64,000 nucleotides of DNA from Thermoplasmata archaeon (lineage in GTDB: Archaea > Thermoplasmatota > E2 > JACPAO01 > JAHFTW01): the NCBI GenBank assembly GCA_034667725.1, contig JAXDQS010000003.1, positions 32,001 to 96,000 of the forward strand, given 5' to 3'. Of the stretch, positions 49,413 through 59,643 are shown piece after piece (positions within the stretch are counted from its first letter, which is position 1; each line of letters opens with the position of its first letter). The notes below the pieces were generated by a model. The model was given only the letters and a program-made list of their open reading frames with translations. It was not told the DNA's origin and did no database searches. A program made the position numbers and the translations under genes.

Positions 49413-51062
49413 ATGGCCCTGGCCGAGGTCGCGGACGCCGTCGCCGCCGCGATGCGCGCGGGCCGGGTCGGCGACAAGGCGCAGCTGCACACGGCCAAGC
49501 GGGACGCCGCGGCCGCGCGCGGCATGGCCGCCCCCAGCGACGCCGACCTCGCGCCGCTCCTGCCCGCCGACCTGCGCGACTCGTTCGCCGCCATCCTCCG
49601 GACCAAGCCGTCCCGCAGTGCCTCGGGGGTCGCCGTCGTCGCCGTCATGTCGAGTCCCGCCGCCTGCCCGCACGGCAAGTGCACCTTCTGCCCCGGCGGC
49701 CCCGACGTCGACGCGCCCCAGAGCTACACCGGCTTCGAACCCTCCACGATGCGGGCCAAGCAGTTCGGCTACGACGCCTACTGCATCGTGCGCGGCCGCC
49801 TCGCCCAGCTCGCGCGCAACGGCCACGCCATCGACAAGGTCGAGGTCGTCGTGCAGGGCGGCACCTTCCCGGCCCGCGACCCGGCCTACCAGGACTGGTT
49901 CGTGGCCGGCATCTTCGCGGGCCTCAACGATGGTCCCGGCGACGGCGCCTGGGACACCGAGGCGGCGTGGCAGGCGTTGGGCGAGGCCGAGCGTTCGGCC
50001 CGGCTGCTCGCGCTCCAGCAGGCCAACGAGACCGCGACTTGCCGCTGCGTGGCGCTTGCCATCGAGACCAAGCCCGACTGGTGCCTGCAGCCGCACGTCG
50101 ACGGGATGCTGCGCCTGGGCGCCACCCGCATCGAGGTCGGGCTGGAGTCGCTCGACGACGAGGTACTGCGGCTGACGCACCGCGGGCACACGCTGGCGGA
50201 GTCGGCGCAAGCCTTGCAGGTCGCGCGCGACGCCGGCTTCAAAGTGTGCGCGCACATCATGCCGGGGCTGCCGCGGCCGCCGGTTGACGGCAAGCTCGAC
50301 CCGGACCCCGAATCCGACCTGCGCGAGTTCGCCACCCTCTGGACCGACCCTCGCTGGCGCCCGGACATGCTGAAAATCTACCCGACGCTGGTCGTGATGG
50401 AGGGCGAGACCACCCTCAAGCGGCAATGGCAGCGCGGTGAGTTCACGCCCTACGACACCGCCGCCGCCACCCGCGTCGTCGCCGCGATGAAGCCCCTCGT
50501 GCCCGAGTATTGCCGCATCCAGCGCATCGACCGCGACATCCCCACCACCCACGTCGAGGCCGGCGTCCTGAACTCCAACCTCCGCCAACTGGCGCAGCAG
50601 GCCATGGCCGCCGACGGCAAGGCGTGCCGCTGCATCCGCTGCCGCGAGGTGCGCGACCAAGCCCCCGCCGGCGAGCCGGTGTTGCGCCGCCTCGACTACG
50701 CAGCCTCCGGCGGCAGCGAGGTGTTCCTCTCGTTCGAGACCGACGACCGCGTCGCCGGCTTCCTGCGGCTCCGGCGGGTCGGGCCGGACGCGCACCGCCC
50801 TGAAGCCCAGGCGGCGGGCGGCTGCGCCTTCGTGCGCGAGGTCAAGGTCTACGGCACCGCGACCCGCATCGGCGACGACCCCGAGCTTGGCGCCTGGCAG
50901 CACCGGGGCCTGGGCGCGCGGCTGATGGCGGAGGCCGAGCGCATCGCGTTCACGGAGTGGGGCGTGCGCCGCCTGCTGGTGATCGCGGGCTGGGGCGTCA
51001 AGCCCTACTACCGCAGGCAAGGCTACTCGGACTGTGGGCCCTACCTGGCCAAGGATGGGTAG
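49413..51062 (+). CDS. elp3: tRNA U34 carboxymethyltransferase (radical SAM + KAT)
   Basis: SGVAVVAVM, CPHGKCTFCPGG, QSYTGFEP, KIYPT, RIDRDIP, CRCIRCRE, QHRGLG. Confidence 0.95.
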   Translation: MALAEVADAVAAAMRAGRVGDKAQLHTAKRDAAAARGMAAPSDADLAPLLPADLRDSFAAILRTKPSRSASGVAVVAVMSSPAACPHGKCTFCPGGPDVDAPQSYTGFEPSTMRAKQFGYDAYCIVRGRLAQLARNGHAIDKVEVVVQGGTFPARDPAYQDWFVAGIFAGLNDGPGDGAWDTEAAWQALGEAERSARLLALQQANETATCRCVALAIETKPDWCLQPHVDGMLRLGATRIEVGLESLDDEVLRLTHRGHTLAESAQALQVARDAGFKVCAHIMPGLPRPPVDGKLDPDPESDLREFATLWTDPRWRPDMLKIYPTLVVMEGETTLKRQWQRGEFTPYDTAAATRVVAAMKPLVPEYCRIQRIDRDIPTTHVEAGVLNSNLRQLAQQAMAADGKACRCIRCREVRDQAPAGEPVLRRLDYAASGGSEVFLSFETDDRVAGFLRLRRVGPDAHRPEAQAAGGCAFVREVKVYGTATRIGDDPELGAWQHRGLGARLMAEAERIAFTEWGVRRLLVIAGWGVKPYYRRQGYSDCGPYLAKDG

Positions 51063-51097
51063 CGAACGCCTCAAATCCCCCCGCGCATCGAAACCCC

Positions 51098-51532
51098 GTG
51101 GCCGACTGCCTCTTCTGCCGCATCGCGGCGGGCACCATCCCGAGCGCCGAGCTGTGGCAGGACGACCGCGTGTTCGCGTTCCTGGACATCCGGCCGCTGC
51201 GCCCCGGCCACGCCCTGCTGGTCCCCAAGCGGCACGCCGCCAAGCTGGAGGACGCAGCCCCTGAGGACGCCGCCGCCCTCATGGCCGCCGCCCGCCGGCT
51301 CGCGCCGGTGCTGTGCAGGCTGACGGGCGCCCCCGACTCGACCTTGGCGATCAACAACGGCCCCGCCGCCGGCCAGGAGGTCCAGCACCTCCACCTCCAC
51401 TTGGTCCCCCGCGGCCCCGGCGACGGCGCCGGCCCCGTCCACGCCGCCTTCCCCGGCCCGATGGCGATCCCCTCGGAGCAACTGCATGACCTGGCCGTCC
51501 GCGTCCAGGCCGCCCTGGGCCGAGGCGCCTGA
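51098..51532 (+). CDS. HIT family nucleotide hydrolase
   Basis: DCLFCRI, GQEVQHLHLHLVPR. Confidence 0.92.
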   Translation: MADCLFCRIAAGTIPSAELWQDDRVFAFLDIRPLRPGHALLVPKRHAAKLEDAAPEDAAALMAAARRLAPVLCRLTGAPDSTLAINNGPAAGQEVQHLHLHLVPRGPGDGAGPVHAAFPGPMAIPSEQLHDLAVRVQAALGRGA

Positions 51533-51933
51533 TGCCCGCCTACAGCGTCGCCATCGAGGTGCGCTTCAACGACATCGACGGCATGGGCCACGTCAACAAC
51601 GCGCTCTACCTCACCTACCTGGAGCACTGCCGGATGCGGTTCTTCACTGAGGTCGCCGGCAGCACCTCCGAGCGCGACTTCCCGTTCATCCTCGCCCACG
51701 CCGCCCTCGACTACAAGGCGCCGATGAAGATCAACGCCAAGCCCGTCATCAAGATGTGGACCAGCCGCATCGGCGGCAAGTCGTGGGACTTCGACTACGA
51801 GATCAAGGACGCCAAGAGCGCCGTGCTGTACGCCACCGGCAAGACCGTCCAGGTCGCCTACGACTACCAACTGGAGAAGTCGGACCAGCTGGAAGGCAGG
51901 CTGCTGGAACTGGTCAAGGGCCTGAAGCCGTGA
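51532..51933 (+). CDS. 4HBT/YbgC-family acyl-CoA thioesterase
   Basis: VRFNDIDGMGHVNNALY. Confidence 0.9.
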   Translation: MPAYSVAIEVRFNDIDGMGHVNNALYLTYLEHCRMRFFTEVAGSTSERDFPFILAHAALDYKAPMKINAKPVIKMWTSRIGGKSWDFDYEIKDAKSAVLYATGKTVQVAYDYQLEKSDQLEGRLLELVKGLKP

Positions 51934-51987
51934 GTCCCCGGGGCCGGGCTCGCCAAGCCTCATCAACCCGCCCCGGCATCGAAGGGC

Positions 51988-52455
51988 ATGCAAGCCCCCT
52001 CCCCAGTGCAGAGCCGCCTCGCCGCGCTGCTGGCCGGCCTTGTCGGCCTCGGCGTCGCCGTGGTGGCCGCCGCATCCTGGCTGTCCTACTTGTCGGACTA
52101 CCCTAGCGAGGACGTCGTCGGCCTCGCCCTGGTCTTTGCCGTCCCCACCGCCCTGCTGCTGTTCCTGTCCACGGCGGTCCTTGCCCTGGCCCTCTTTTCG
52201 CAGCGCCAGCCTTGGGCCTGGAGCGACGCCATGCTGCTGCGCCAGTCCGGCGTCCCCGCGCTCTTGGGCAGCAGCGCCGTGACCGTGCTTGCCGGCCTGA
52301 GCGGCCTTGCCCTGCAGCAGCCGGAGAAGAACTGGCCCATGGTCGCTGCCATGGGCGTCCTCGCCATCGTCGCCTGGGGCGTCAGCGTGCTGCACTGGGG
52401 CCGGTTCCGCGGCGCCAAGGTGCCGGCGGCGGGCACGACGGGGACCGAAACCTGA
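51988..52455 (+). CDS. Hypothetical 4-TM membrane protein
   Basis: Four hydrophobic segments; fills the intergenic gap. Confidence 0.6.
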   Translation: MQAPSPVQSRLAALLAGLVGLGVAVVAAASWLSYLSDYPSEDVVGLALVFAVPTALLLFLSTAVLALALFSQRQPWAWSDAMLLRQSGVPALLGSSAVTVLAGLSGLALQQPEKNWPMVAAMGVLAIVAWGVSVLHWGRFRGAKVPAAGTTGTET

Positions 52456-52499
52456 GCCTCCCGCGCCCAGCCTTTAAGCCGCCCTCCGTTGGGCGCCCC

Positions 52500-53786
52500 G
52501 TGGCCGAGGCCCAACCCGGGGACCGCATCCGCCTGACCGCCGCCGACGGCACTTCGTTCGAGGGCGTGCTGGTGCCGCGGCACAGCTTCAGCGGCCCGGA
52601 CATCGTGACCGTCAAGCTCGGCAACGGCTACAACGTCGGCATCCTCGCGACCGGGGCCAAGGTCGAGGTGCTGGAGAAGGCCAAGCCGGCGGCGCGCCAG
52701 GCGGTCCAGGTCGCGGAGGACCCGCGCAAGCCGACCATCGCGGTGCTGGGCACCGGCGGCACCATCGCGTCGTTCGTGGACTACCGCACCGGCGGCGTCA
52801 CCCCCGCGACCCGTCCGGAGGAGCTTGCCGCCGCCGTGCCGGAGCTGTTCGGGTTCTGCAACATGCGCGCCGAGGTGCTGTTCAACATGTTCTCGGAGGA
52901 CATGCAGCCCGAGCATTGGACCAAGATCGCGGAGCGCGCGGCGTGGCACCTCAACCACGGCGCCCGCGGTGTTGTCATCCCGCACGGCACCGACACCTTG
53001 AGCTACACCGCGACGGCGCTGGCGTTCGCCCTCAAGGACCTCCCCGGCCCCGTCGTCCTCGTGGGCTCCCAGCGCAGCAGCGACCGGCCGTCGTCGGACG
53101 CCGCCATGAACCTCTTGGCCGCCGCTCGGGTCGCCGCCCTCTCCGACGTGGGCGAAGTGGTCGCCGTGCTGCACGCCACCTCCAGCGACGACGCCTGCGC
53201 CATCCACCGCGGCAGCCGTGTGCGCAAGATGCACACCAGCCGGCGCGACGCGTTCCAGAGCATCAACGTCCCGCCGCTCGGCCACGTCGTCGGCGACCGC
53301 ATCGAGCTGCGCGCGCCCTACCGCAAGGCGACCCCCGGCCAGGCCCGCTGCGACGCCGTCTGGGACGAGGAGGTCAGCATGATCCTCTCCTACCCCGGCC
53401 TCTGGCCCAAGCACGTCGAGGACGTCGTGCTGAAGGCCACCGTGCTGGTCGGCACCGGCCTCGGCCACGTCGCGCAACGGGTCTTGCCCGGCATCAAGAC
53501 GGTGATCGAGCGCGGCGCCCACGTCGTAATGGCCAGCCAGTGCATCCACGGCGCCGTCAACATGAACGTCTACTCCACCGGCCGCGACCTGCTCCAGATG
53601 GGGGTGCTGCCGGCCGGCGACATGACGCCCGAGGCGGCCTACATCAAGATGATGTGGATCCTGGGCCACACCTCCGACCCCGCCGAGGTGCGGCGGCTGT
53701 TCCAGGCCGACCTGGCCGGCGAGATGGGCGAGCCGGTCGCCCCCAACGCCTTCTGCTCGGCCTGCGCGCCGGAGGCCGCCCCATGA
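52500..53786 (+). CDS. gatD: Glutamyl-tRNA(Gln) amidotransferase subunit D
   Basis: VKLGNGYNVG, TGGTIAS, HGTDT, GSQRSSDRPSSD, KMHTSRRDAF; TTTAAG at 52473-52478. Confidence 0.96.
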   Translation: MAEAQPGDRIRLTAADGTSFEGVLVPRHSFSGPDIVTVKLGNGYNVGILATGAKVEVLEKAKPAARQAVQVAEDPRKPTIAVLGTGGTIASFVDYRTGGVTPATRPEELAAAVPELFGFCNMRAEVLFNMFSEDMQPEHWTKIAERAAWHLNHGARGVVIPHGTDTLSYTATALAFALKDLPGPVVLVGSQRSSDRPSSDAAMNLLAAARVAALSDVGEVVAVLHATSSDDACAIHRGSRVRKMHTSRRDAFQSINVPPLGHVVGDRIELRAPYRKATPGQARCDAVWDEEVSMILSYPGLWPKHVEDVVLKATVLVGTGLGHVAQRVLPGIKTVIERGAHVVMASQCIHGAVNMNVYSTGRDLLQMGVLPAGDMTPEAAYIKMMWILGHTSDPAEVRRLFQADLAGEMGEPVAPNAFCSACAPEAAP

Positions 53787-55714
53787 CGATGACCGGCGCC
53801 GACGCCCGCCGCTGGGCCGACGCCAAGCAGCTCGACTACGGGGCCATCGGGTTCCGCTGCGGCCTGGAAATCCACCAGCAGCTCGACACGGGCAAGCTGT
53901 TCAGCCGCGTCCCGAGCGCCGTGCTGGAGCCGGAGGAGATCGCGCGCCGCACCGTCGGCGAGGTCACGCGCACCCTGCGCGCCACCGGCTCCGAGTCGGG
54001 CGCCGTCGACGCCGCCGCCGCGGCCGAGTCCCGCCGCGGCCGCCGCTTCCGCTACCTCGCCATCGAGGGGCTCACGAGCCTGGTGGAGCTGGACGAGGAG
54101 CCGCCGCGCCCGCTCGACGGCGACGCGCTCGACGTCGGACTCACGTTCGCGGGCCTCTTGGGCGCCCGCCCGGTCGACGAGGTCCACGTCATGCGCAAGA
54201 CCGTCATCGACGGCAGCAACACCAGCGGCTTCCAGCGCACTGCCTTGATCGCGACCGGCGGCCGTTTCCCCGTCGAGGGCGGCGACGTCGGCGTCTGGAC
54301 CATCGCGCTGGAGGAGGACTCGGCGCGGCCGCTGGAGGAGAAGGACGGGGTCGCGACCTACACCCTCGACCGCCTCGGCATCCCGCTCTTGGAGGTCGCC
54401 ACCGCGCCCGACGTCCGCGACCCGGCGCACGCCCAACGCACGGCCGCCCGCCTCGGCGCCCTGCTGCGCGCCACCGGCCGGGTCAAGCGCGGCCTCGGCA
54501 CCATCCGCCAGGACCTCAACGTCAGCGTGGGCGTCGGCGCCCGCGTCGAGATCAAGGGCTGCCAGGACCTGCGCGCCGTGCCCCGCGTCATCGAGGCCGA
54601 ATGCCGCCGCCAACTGTGGATGCACCACGTCGCCGGCGAGCTGGCCGCGCGTGGCTTCGACCCGGAGCAGGTCCCGCCCGCCGTCCACGTCGGCGCCGCG
54701 TTCGCCAACACCCAGGCCAAGGCGGTCGCGGACGGCGCCAAGAAGGGCCACGCCGTGCTCGCCCAGCGGCTGCCCAAGATGGCCGGCCTGCTGCGCGGCG
54801 CCAGCAAGGACGGCCCCCGCCTCGGCCGCGAGCTTGCCGACCATGCCCGCGTCGCCGCCGGCGTCAAGGGCATCTTCCACTCCGACGAGCTGCCCGGCTA
54901 CGGCATCACCCCCGACGAGGTGCAGGCCGTCCGCGTGGCGCTCGGCTGCGGCCCCGACGACGCGTTCGCCATCTGCGTCGAGCGCGACCTCGTGGCCCGC
55001 CGCGCGCTGGACGCCGTCGCCGACCGCGCCCGCCTCGCCGTGGGTGCGGCTCGCAGCGAGGTGCGCGGCGCCCAGCCGGACGACTCGACGCGCTACATGC
55101 GCCCGATGCCCGGCGCCGCCCGGATGTACCCCGAGACCGACGTGCCGCCCATCCGGGTGCGGCCCGAGGCGTGGCGTGCCGTCTTGGGGCGCCTGCCGCC
55201 GCTGCCCGAGCAACGGGTCGAGGCGCTCGCCAAGGCCGGCCTCAGCGTGGACTTGGCCCAGCAGCTCGTCGCCGACGACCTGGAGCCCGCGTTCGCCCGG
55301 CTGCGCGCCGCCGGCGCCGAGCCCGCCGTCGCCGCCCGCACGCTGCTGCAAGACCTCGCCGCCCTGGAGCACGCCGACGCCGTGCGCCCCCGCCTCGACG
55401 AGGTGTTCGCGGCGCTGGCCGCCGGCCGGTTCGCCAAGGAGGCCGTGCCCGCCATCCTCAAGGTCCTCGACGCCGAGCCCCGGCTGCCCATCGCCGACGC
55501 CATCGCGAAGGCCGGGGTCGCCGCCGCCGACACCGCCACCGTGGACGCAGTGATCGCCCGCGTGCTCGCGGAGCGCGCCGACTTCGTCAAGGCCCGCGGC
55601 ATGGCGGCCCTCGGCCCGCTCATGGGCCCCGTCATGGCGGAGCTCCGGGGCAAGGCGGACGGCCAAGTCATCTCGGCGCGCCTGAAGGACCTGCTTGCGA
55701 AGGCCGCGCAATGA
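53783..55714 (+). CDS. gatE: Glutamyl-tRNA(Gln) amidotransferase subunit E
   Basis: GLEIHQQL, DGSNTSGFQRT, RGLGTIRQDLN, HSDELPGYGI, RMYPETD. Confidence 0.96.
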   Translation: MTMTGADARRWADAKQLDYGAIGFRCGLEIHQQLDTGKLFSRVPSAVLEPEEIARRTVGEVTRTLRATGSESGAVDAAAAAESRRGRRFRYLAIEGLTSLVELDEEPPRPLDGDALDVGLTFAGLLGARPVDEVHVMRKTVIDGSNTSGFQRTALIATGGRFPVEGGDVGVWTIALEEDSARPLEEKDGVATYTLDRLGIPLLEVATAPDVRDPAHAQRTAARLGALLRATGRVKRGLGTIRQDLNVSVGVGARVEIKGCQDLRAVPRVIEAECRRQLWMHHVAGELAARGFDPEQVPPAVHVGAAFANTQAKAVADGAKKGHAVLAQRLPKMAGLLRGASKDGPRLGRELADHARVAAGVKGIFHSDELPGYGITPDEVQAVRVALGCGPDDAFAICVERDLVARRALDAVADRARLAVGAARSEVRGAQPDDSTRYMRPMPGAARMYPETDVPPIRVRPEAWRAVLGRLPPLPEQRVEALAKAGLSVDLAQQLVADDLEPAFARLRAAGAEPAVAARTLLQDLAALEHADAVRPRLDEVFAALAAGRFAKEAVPAILKVLDAEPRLPIADAIAKAGVAAADTATVDAVIARVLAERADFVKARGMAALGPLMGPVMAELRGKADGQVISARLKDLLAKAAQ

Positions 55715-56355
55715 GGCTCGTGCTCGCCTCCCGGTCGCCGCGCCGCTCGGTGCTGCTGCGCCTCCTCGTCCCCGAGTTCACGGTGGACGCCGTGCCCGTC
55801 GAGGAGGTCGCGCCGCGTGGCCTGCCCGTGCCCGAGGCATTGCAGGTCATCGCCCGCAAGAAGGCGCTGGCCGCGAGCGCCAACCACCCGGACGCATGGG
55901 TGCTGGCCGCCGACACCGTCGTCGTCTGGCACGACGAATTGGTGGGCAAGGCCCGCGACCCCGGCCAGGAGCGCGAGCGGCTGGCGCTTCTTTCCGGCTC
56001 GACCCACCAGGTGGCCACCGGGCTTGCGCTGGCGTGGGACGGCAGGGCCGTCGACGCCGCGCATGCGGTTTCTGCCGTGCTGATGGAGCGGCTGCCGCGC
56101 GAGGCCGTGGACGCCTACGTCGCCTCCGGCCAATGGGAAGGCAAGGCCGGCGGCTACGGCATCCAGGACGCGCTGCTTGCGCCCTACCTCCGGGTGCAGG
56201 CCGGGCCGTGGAGCAACGTCGTCGGGCTGCCGCTTGCGCTCACGGCGCAACTGCTGCGCCGCAACGGCATCGGCACCCTCGACCCGCCTTCGGAAGCCTG
56301 GCTGCGGGACCACAACCCCTTTCAGGAGCCGGCCGGGTCGCCGCCTCCGGCATGA
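55711..56355 (+). CDS. maf: Maf-family nucleoside triphosphate pyrophosphatase
   Basis: LASRSPRR, AADTVV, GKAGGYGIQ, NVVGLP. Confidence 0.92.
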   Translation: MRLVLASRSPRRSVLLRLLVPEFTVDAVPVEEVAPRGLPVPEALQVIARKKALAASANHPDAWVLAADTVVVWHDELVGKARDPGQERERLALLSGSTHQVATGLALAWDGRAVDAAHAVSAVLMERLPREAVDAYVASGQWEGKAGGYGIQDALLAPYLRVQAGPWSNVVGLPLALTAQLLRRNGIGTLDPPSEAWLRDHNPFQEPAGSPPPA

Positions 56356-57839
56356 AGGTTCTCGTCGCGGCGGCCATCGTCTTGGCAACACTCGCCGGCT
56401 GCCTGCAGGACGGGCCGGCCGGCCCGGACCTCGGCGCCGTCCGGAGCCAGGTCGAGGCCGCGGCCGAGGCCGTGCTGACCCTCGACCACCCGGACGAGGC
56501 GCGCGGCCACTTCGACGCCGCCGCGCACGCCGGCAGCGCCAACATGCGCCTGGTGGGCTACGCCAACGGCGTCGACGACTCCGGCGACCCTGCCCGCATC
56601 CCGGCCAAGGGCGTCTACAACGAGCTGGCCGTCGCGCCTGAGCACGCCTACTTGTCCGCCGTGTCCGCGGACGGCAGCTTCGGCGGCTTCTCGATCCTGG
56701 ACATCCGCTCCCCGAGCCCGACGTTCGTGGCGCGCTGGCAGGGCCCGCCCGGCTTCGACCTCGAGGTCGACCCCGAGGAGCATTTCGTGTACTTCGCGAC
56801 CCAGCGCAACAGCGTCGAGCAACTGGCCGGCGGCGCCCAGGCCAACCCCGAGCCGCCCGCGACCCTGCCCCGCGGCATCCACGTCGTCGACGTCTCGGAC
56901 AAGCGCGCGCCCCGCCTCGATTCGTTCGTGCCGATGCCCGCCAACGGCCCGCACACGCTCACCTACGTCCGCCACGAGAACGGCCTGGACTACCTCATCG
57001 CGTGCACCTACGACCTGTTGACCGAGCCCGGCACCGGCGCCATCGTCGCCACCGTCCCCGTCACCCAGCGCGTCGTCGTGTTCCTTGTTCAAGAGCGTCC
57101 TGAGGCCCCTGCCGGCGTCCCCGGCGTCAACGTGCCGAAGGTCGGCCTCGTGCCGGTCGCGCAGATCCAAGTGACCGAGCAGGCGGCCCCCGGCGGCCTG
57201 GTGTTCCCGCACGACACCCGCGTCCAGGTCCACCCCGTCGACGGCCGCACGCTGCTCTACGTCGCCTACTGGGACAAGGGCACGCGCATCTACGACTTCA
57301 CCAACCCGCCCAGCCCGGCGGCAGACCCCGCCAACCCGCCCAGCCTCCCGCTCGTGTCCAGCTTCACCGACTTCAGCCCGAGCCGCTACAACAACATCCA
57401 CCTCACGGCGCCCTTCGACACCCTGCTCGACGGCCGGCACGTCACCATCGCGGAGCCCGAGATCATCGACGCCGAGAACGAGACCGGCCAGCTCACCTTC
57501 CTCGACACCACCGACCCGGCCAGCCCCGCCAAGCTCGGCCACTGGAAGCTGCCGGGCGAGCTGGCGGTGCGCGCCCTCGACTTCAGCCCGCACAACTTCG
57601 ACACCTTCGGCACCAAGGTCGCGCTGGCGCACAACCACGCCGGCGTCTGGGTGCTCGACGTCGGCGGCCCCAACGGCCTCGCCGACCCGGCGTCGGTCGG
57701 CTTCTACATGCCCGCCAAGCCGCGCCCCGACTCGCCGGCGATGCAGCCGCGCGTCTGGGGCGTGTTCGAGCAGGGCGGCCTGTTGTACGCGAGCGACGAG
57801 GCCACCGGCCTCTACGTCCTCGAATACACCGGCCCCTGA
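56352..57839 (+). CDS. LVIVD-repeat lipoprotein
   Basis: Lipobox LAGC; ILDI, VVDVSD, IYDFTN and FLDTTDP blades; SPHNF. Confidence 0.8.
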   Translation: MKVLVAAAIVLATLAGCLQDGPAGPDLGAVRSQVEAAAEAVLTLDHPDEARGHFDAAAHAGSANMRLVGYANGVDDSGDPARIPAKGVYNELAVAPEHAYLSAVSADGSFGGFSILDIRSPSPTFVARWQGPPGFDLEVDPEEHFVYFATQRNSVEQLAGGAQANPEPPATLPRGIHVVDVSDKRAPRLDSFVPMPANGPHTLTYVRHENGLDYLIACTYDLLTEPGTGAIVATVPVTQRVVVFLVQERPEAPAGVPGVNVPKVGLVPVAQIQVTEQAAPGGLVFPHDTRVQVHPVDGRTLLYVAYWDKGTRIYDFTNPPSPAADPANPPSLPLVSSFTDFSPSRYNNIHLTAPFDTLLDGRHVTIAEPEIIDAENETGQLTFLDTTDPASPAKLGHWKLPGELAVRALDFSPHNFDTFGTKVALAHNHAGVWVLDVGGPNGLADPASVGFYMPAKPRPDSPAMQPRVWGVFEQGGLLYASDEATGLYVLEYTGP

Positions 57840-57896
57840 CGCCGGTTGCCGCGACCGGCGCGTCGATGCCCGGCCGCGGCCATGGGCGAGGGAGCG

Positions 57897-59642
57897 ATGC
57901 CCAAGCCGACCGCGCGCGCTGCGCTCCTCCTGCTGCTGCTTGCCGCCGCGCACGCGCACGGCCAAGCGGAAGCGCCAGACTCGTTCGCCCTGCTTGCGGT
58001 GCTGGACTCCAACGACCTCGGCGCCTCCATGCCGCTGGAGTCGTTCGACGCCTACGGCGCCACCCTCGCGGACCTCGACGGCGACGGCCGCAACGAGCTT
58101 CTCCTGATGAACGACAACGCCCGCGCCTACGCCATCGACCTGCTGCGCGGCGCCGTGCGCGCCGAGCTTGCGACCCCGCATCCCGGCAACGGCACCGTCT
58201 GGCACGCGCAGACCCGCAACGGCCTCGCCGTCGGCGACCTTGACTCCGACGGCCTGGTGGACCTCGTGGTGCTCAACGCAGGCGGCGTCCTCACCCGCTT
58301 CGAGCGCGAGATGGGACTTGACGACGCCGACACCATCGGGATGCACGCCGAATGGAGCCAGCCCGCCTACGCGCCCGCCCACGACCCCGCGTTCTGGGAC
58401 CACCACCCGTGGCTCGCGCCGACCCCGCCTGAGAACCGCACCCGCCTCGCCCAGGGCCACCCGTTCCTGGCCCGCCCCGACCCCGCCGGCCCGGCATGGG
58501 TCTACGCCCAGGCCGACGACGTGCCCGGCCAGTTCGCGTTCCGCGCCGACGGCAGCCTCGCCTGGATGGAGACCAGCCACGCCGGCCCCGCCGGCCCCTG
58601 GGTCGGCCCATTGCGCGCCGGCGGCCCGCCGGTCGCGGTGTTCGCCACCGGCGACGGCCACGTGGTCGCACGCCAGGCCGCCACCGGCCGCGAGGTGTGG
58701 GCCTACACGGTGCCCGCCAGCGAGGCGCGGCCCGGCGGCTTCGCGGCCGCGCCCGCCGTGGCCGACCTGGACGGCGACGGCGCCGTCGAGCTCCTGGTCG
58801 GCGCCCGCGTCGCGGTCGAGCACGGCAACGGCGACGGCTGGATGCGCGCGTCGCACGCCCGCCTGGTGCAGCTTGGCGCCGACGGCCAGCCGCGCTGGTC
58901 GGTCGCGCACCCGTTCGGCAACCCCATGGTGCAGTCGCGCGCGATTCCTCTCGACGTGAACCAGGACGGCGTGCGCGACTGGGTCGTGCTCGACTGGAAC
59001 ACCGTCGGCGAGCACCCGGGCGACGGCCGCCGCCTCGGGCCCGGCAACCTGTTCGCGCTCGACGGCCGCAACGGCGACCTGCTCTGGACGGCTGCGGTGG
59101 ACGCGCCCCAGACCGGCTTCGACCTTGCGGTGGCCTCGGTCGGCGGCGGCCCGGCCGCGGTCGTCCCGCACGCCCGCGACGGCAACCCCGGCCTGGCTGC
59201 CTTCAACCTCACCGACGGCCGCCTCGCCGCCTGGGCCGCCCTCCCCAACGGCTGGACGCCGACGCGCGGCGCCGTCCTCGACGACGTGGACGGCGACGGC
59301 CTGCTGGAGGCCATCGTGCCCGTCCACCGCGCCGGCGCCGCCTGCACGCCGAAGCCGGAGGTCGCCTGCCGCGCCGGCGCCCTCGCGCTGCTGGCCACCG
59401 GCGCGCCGGCCGCCACCCTGCTGGAGAGCGGCGCCTCGGCGCACGCCGACCGCCCGCTGCCGACGGCCGCGCGCAGCGCGCCGGAGCGGCCGGCGGGCGA
59501 GGCGGCCGAAGGCGCGCCGGCCGTCGCGTTCGGCCCCCAGGTGACCGGCCACGACGACGGCGTCCCCTGGTGGGGCCTCGGCTTCGGCGCCTTGGTGGGG
59601 GTCGCGACCGTGGTCGCGTTCCTGGCCGTGCGGCGGCTGTAG
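57897..59642 (+). CDS. FG-GAP/VCBS-like repeat surface protein with C-terminal TM
   Basis: Repeated DLDGDG-type Ca-binding motifs; signal peptide; TM + RR. Confidence 0.8.
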   Translation: MPKPTARAALLLLLLAAAHAHGQAEAPDSFALLAVLDSNDLGASMPLESFDAYGATLADLDGDGRNELLLMNDNARAYAIDLLRGAVRAELATPHPGNGTVWHAQTRNGLAVGDLDSDGLVDLVVLNAGGVLTRFEREMGLDDADTIGMHAEWSQPAYAPAHDPAFWDHHPWLAPTPPENRTRLAQGHPFLARPDPAGPAWVYAQADDVPGQFAFRADGSLAWMETSHAGPAGPWVGPLRAGGPPVAVFATGDGHVVARQAATGREVWAYTVPASEARPGGFAAAPAVADLDGDGAVELLVGARVAVEHGNGDGWMRASHARLVQLGADGQPRWSVAHPFGNPMVQSRAIPLDVNQDGVRDWVVLDWNTVGEHPGDGRRLGPGNLFALDGRNGDLLWTAAVDAPQTGFDLAVASVGGGPAAVVPHARDGNPGLAAFNLTDGRLAAWAALPNGWTPTRGAVLDDVDGDGLLEAIVPVHRAGAACTPKPEVACRAGALALLATGAPAATLLESGASAHADRPLPTAARSAPERPAGEAAEGAPAVAFGPQVTGHDDGVPWWGLGFGALVGVATVVAFLAVRRL

Positions 59643-59643
59643 C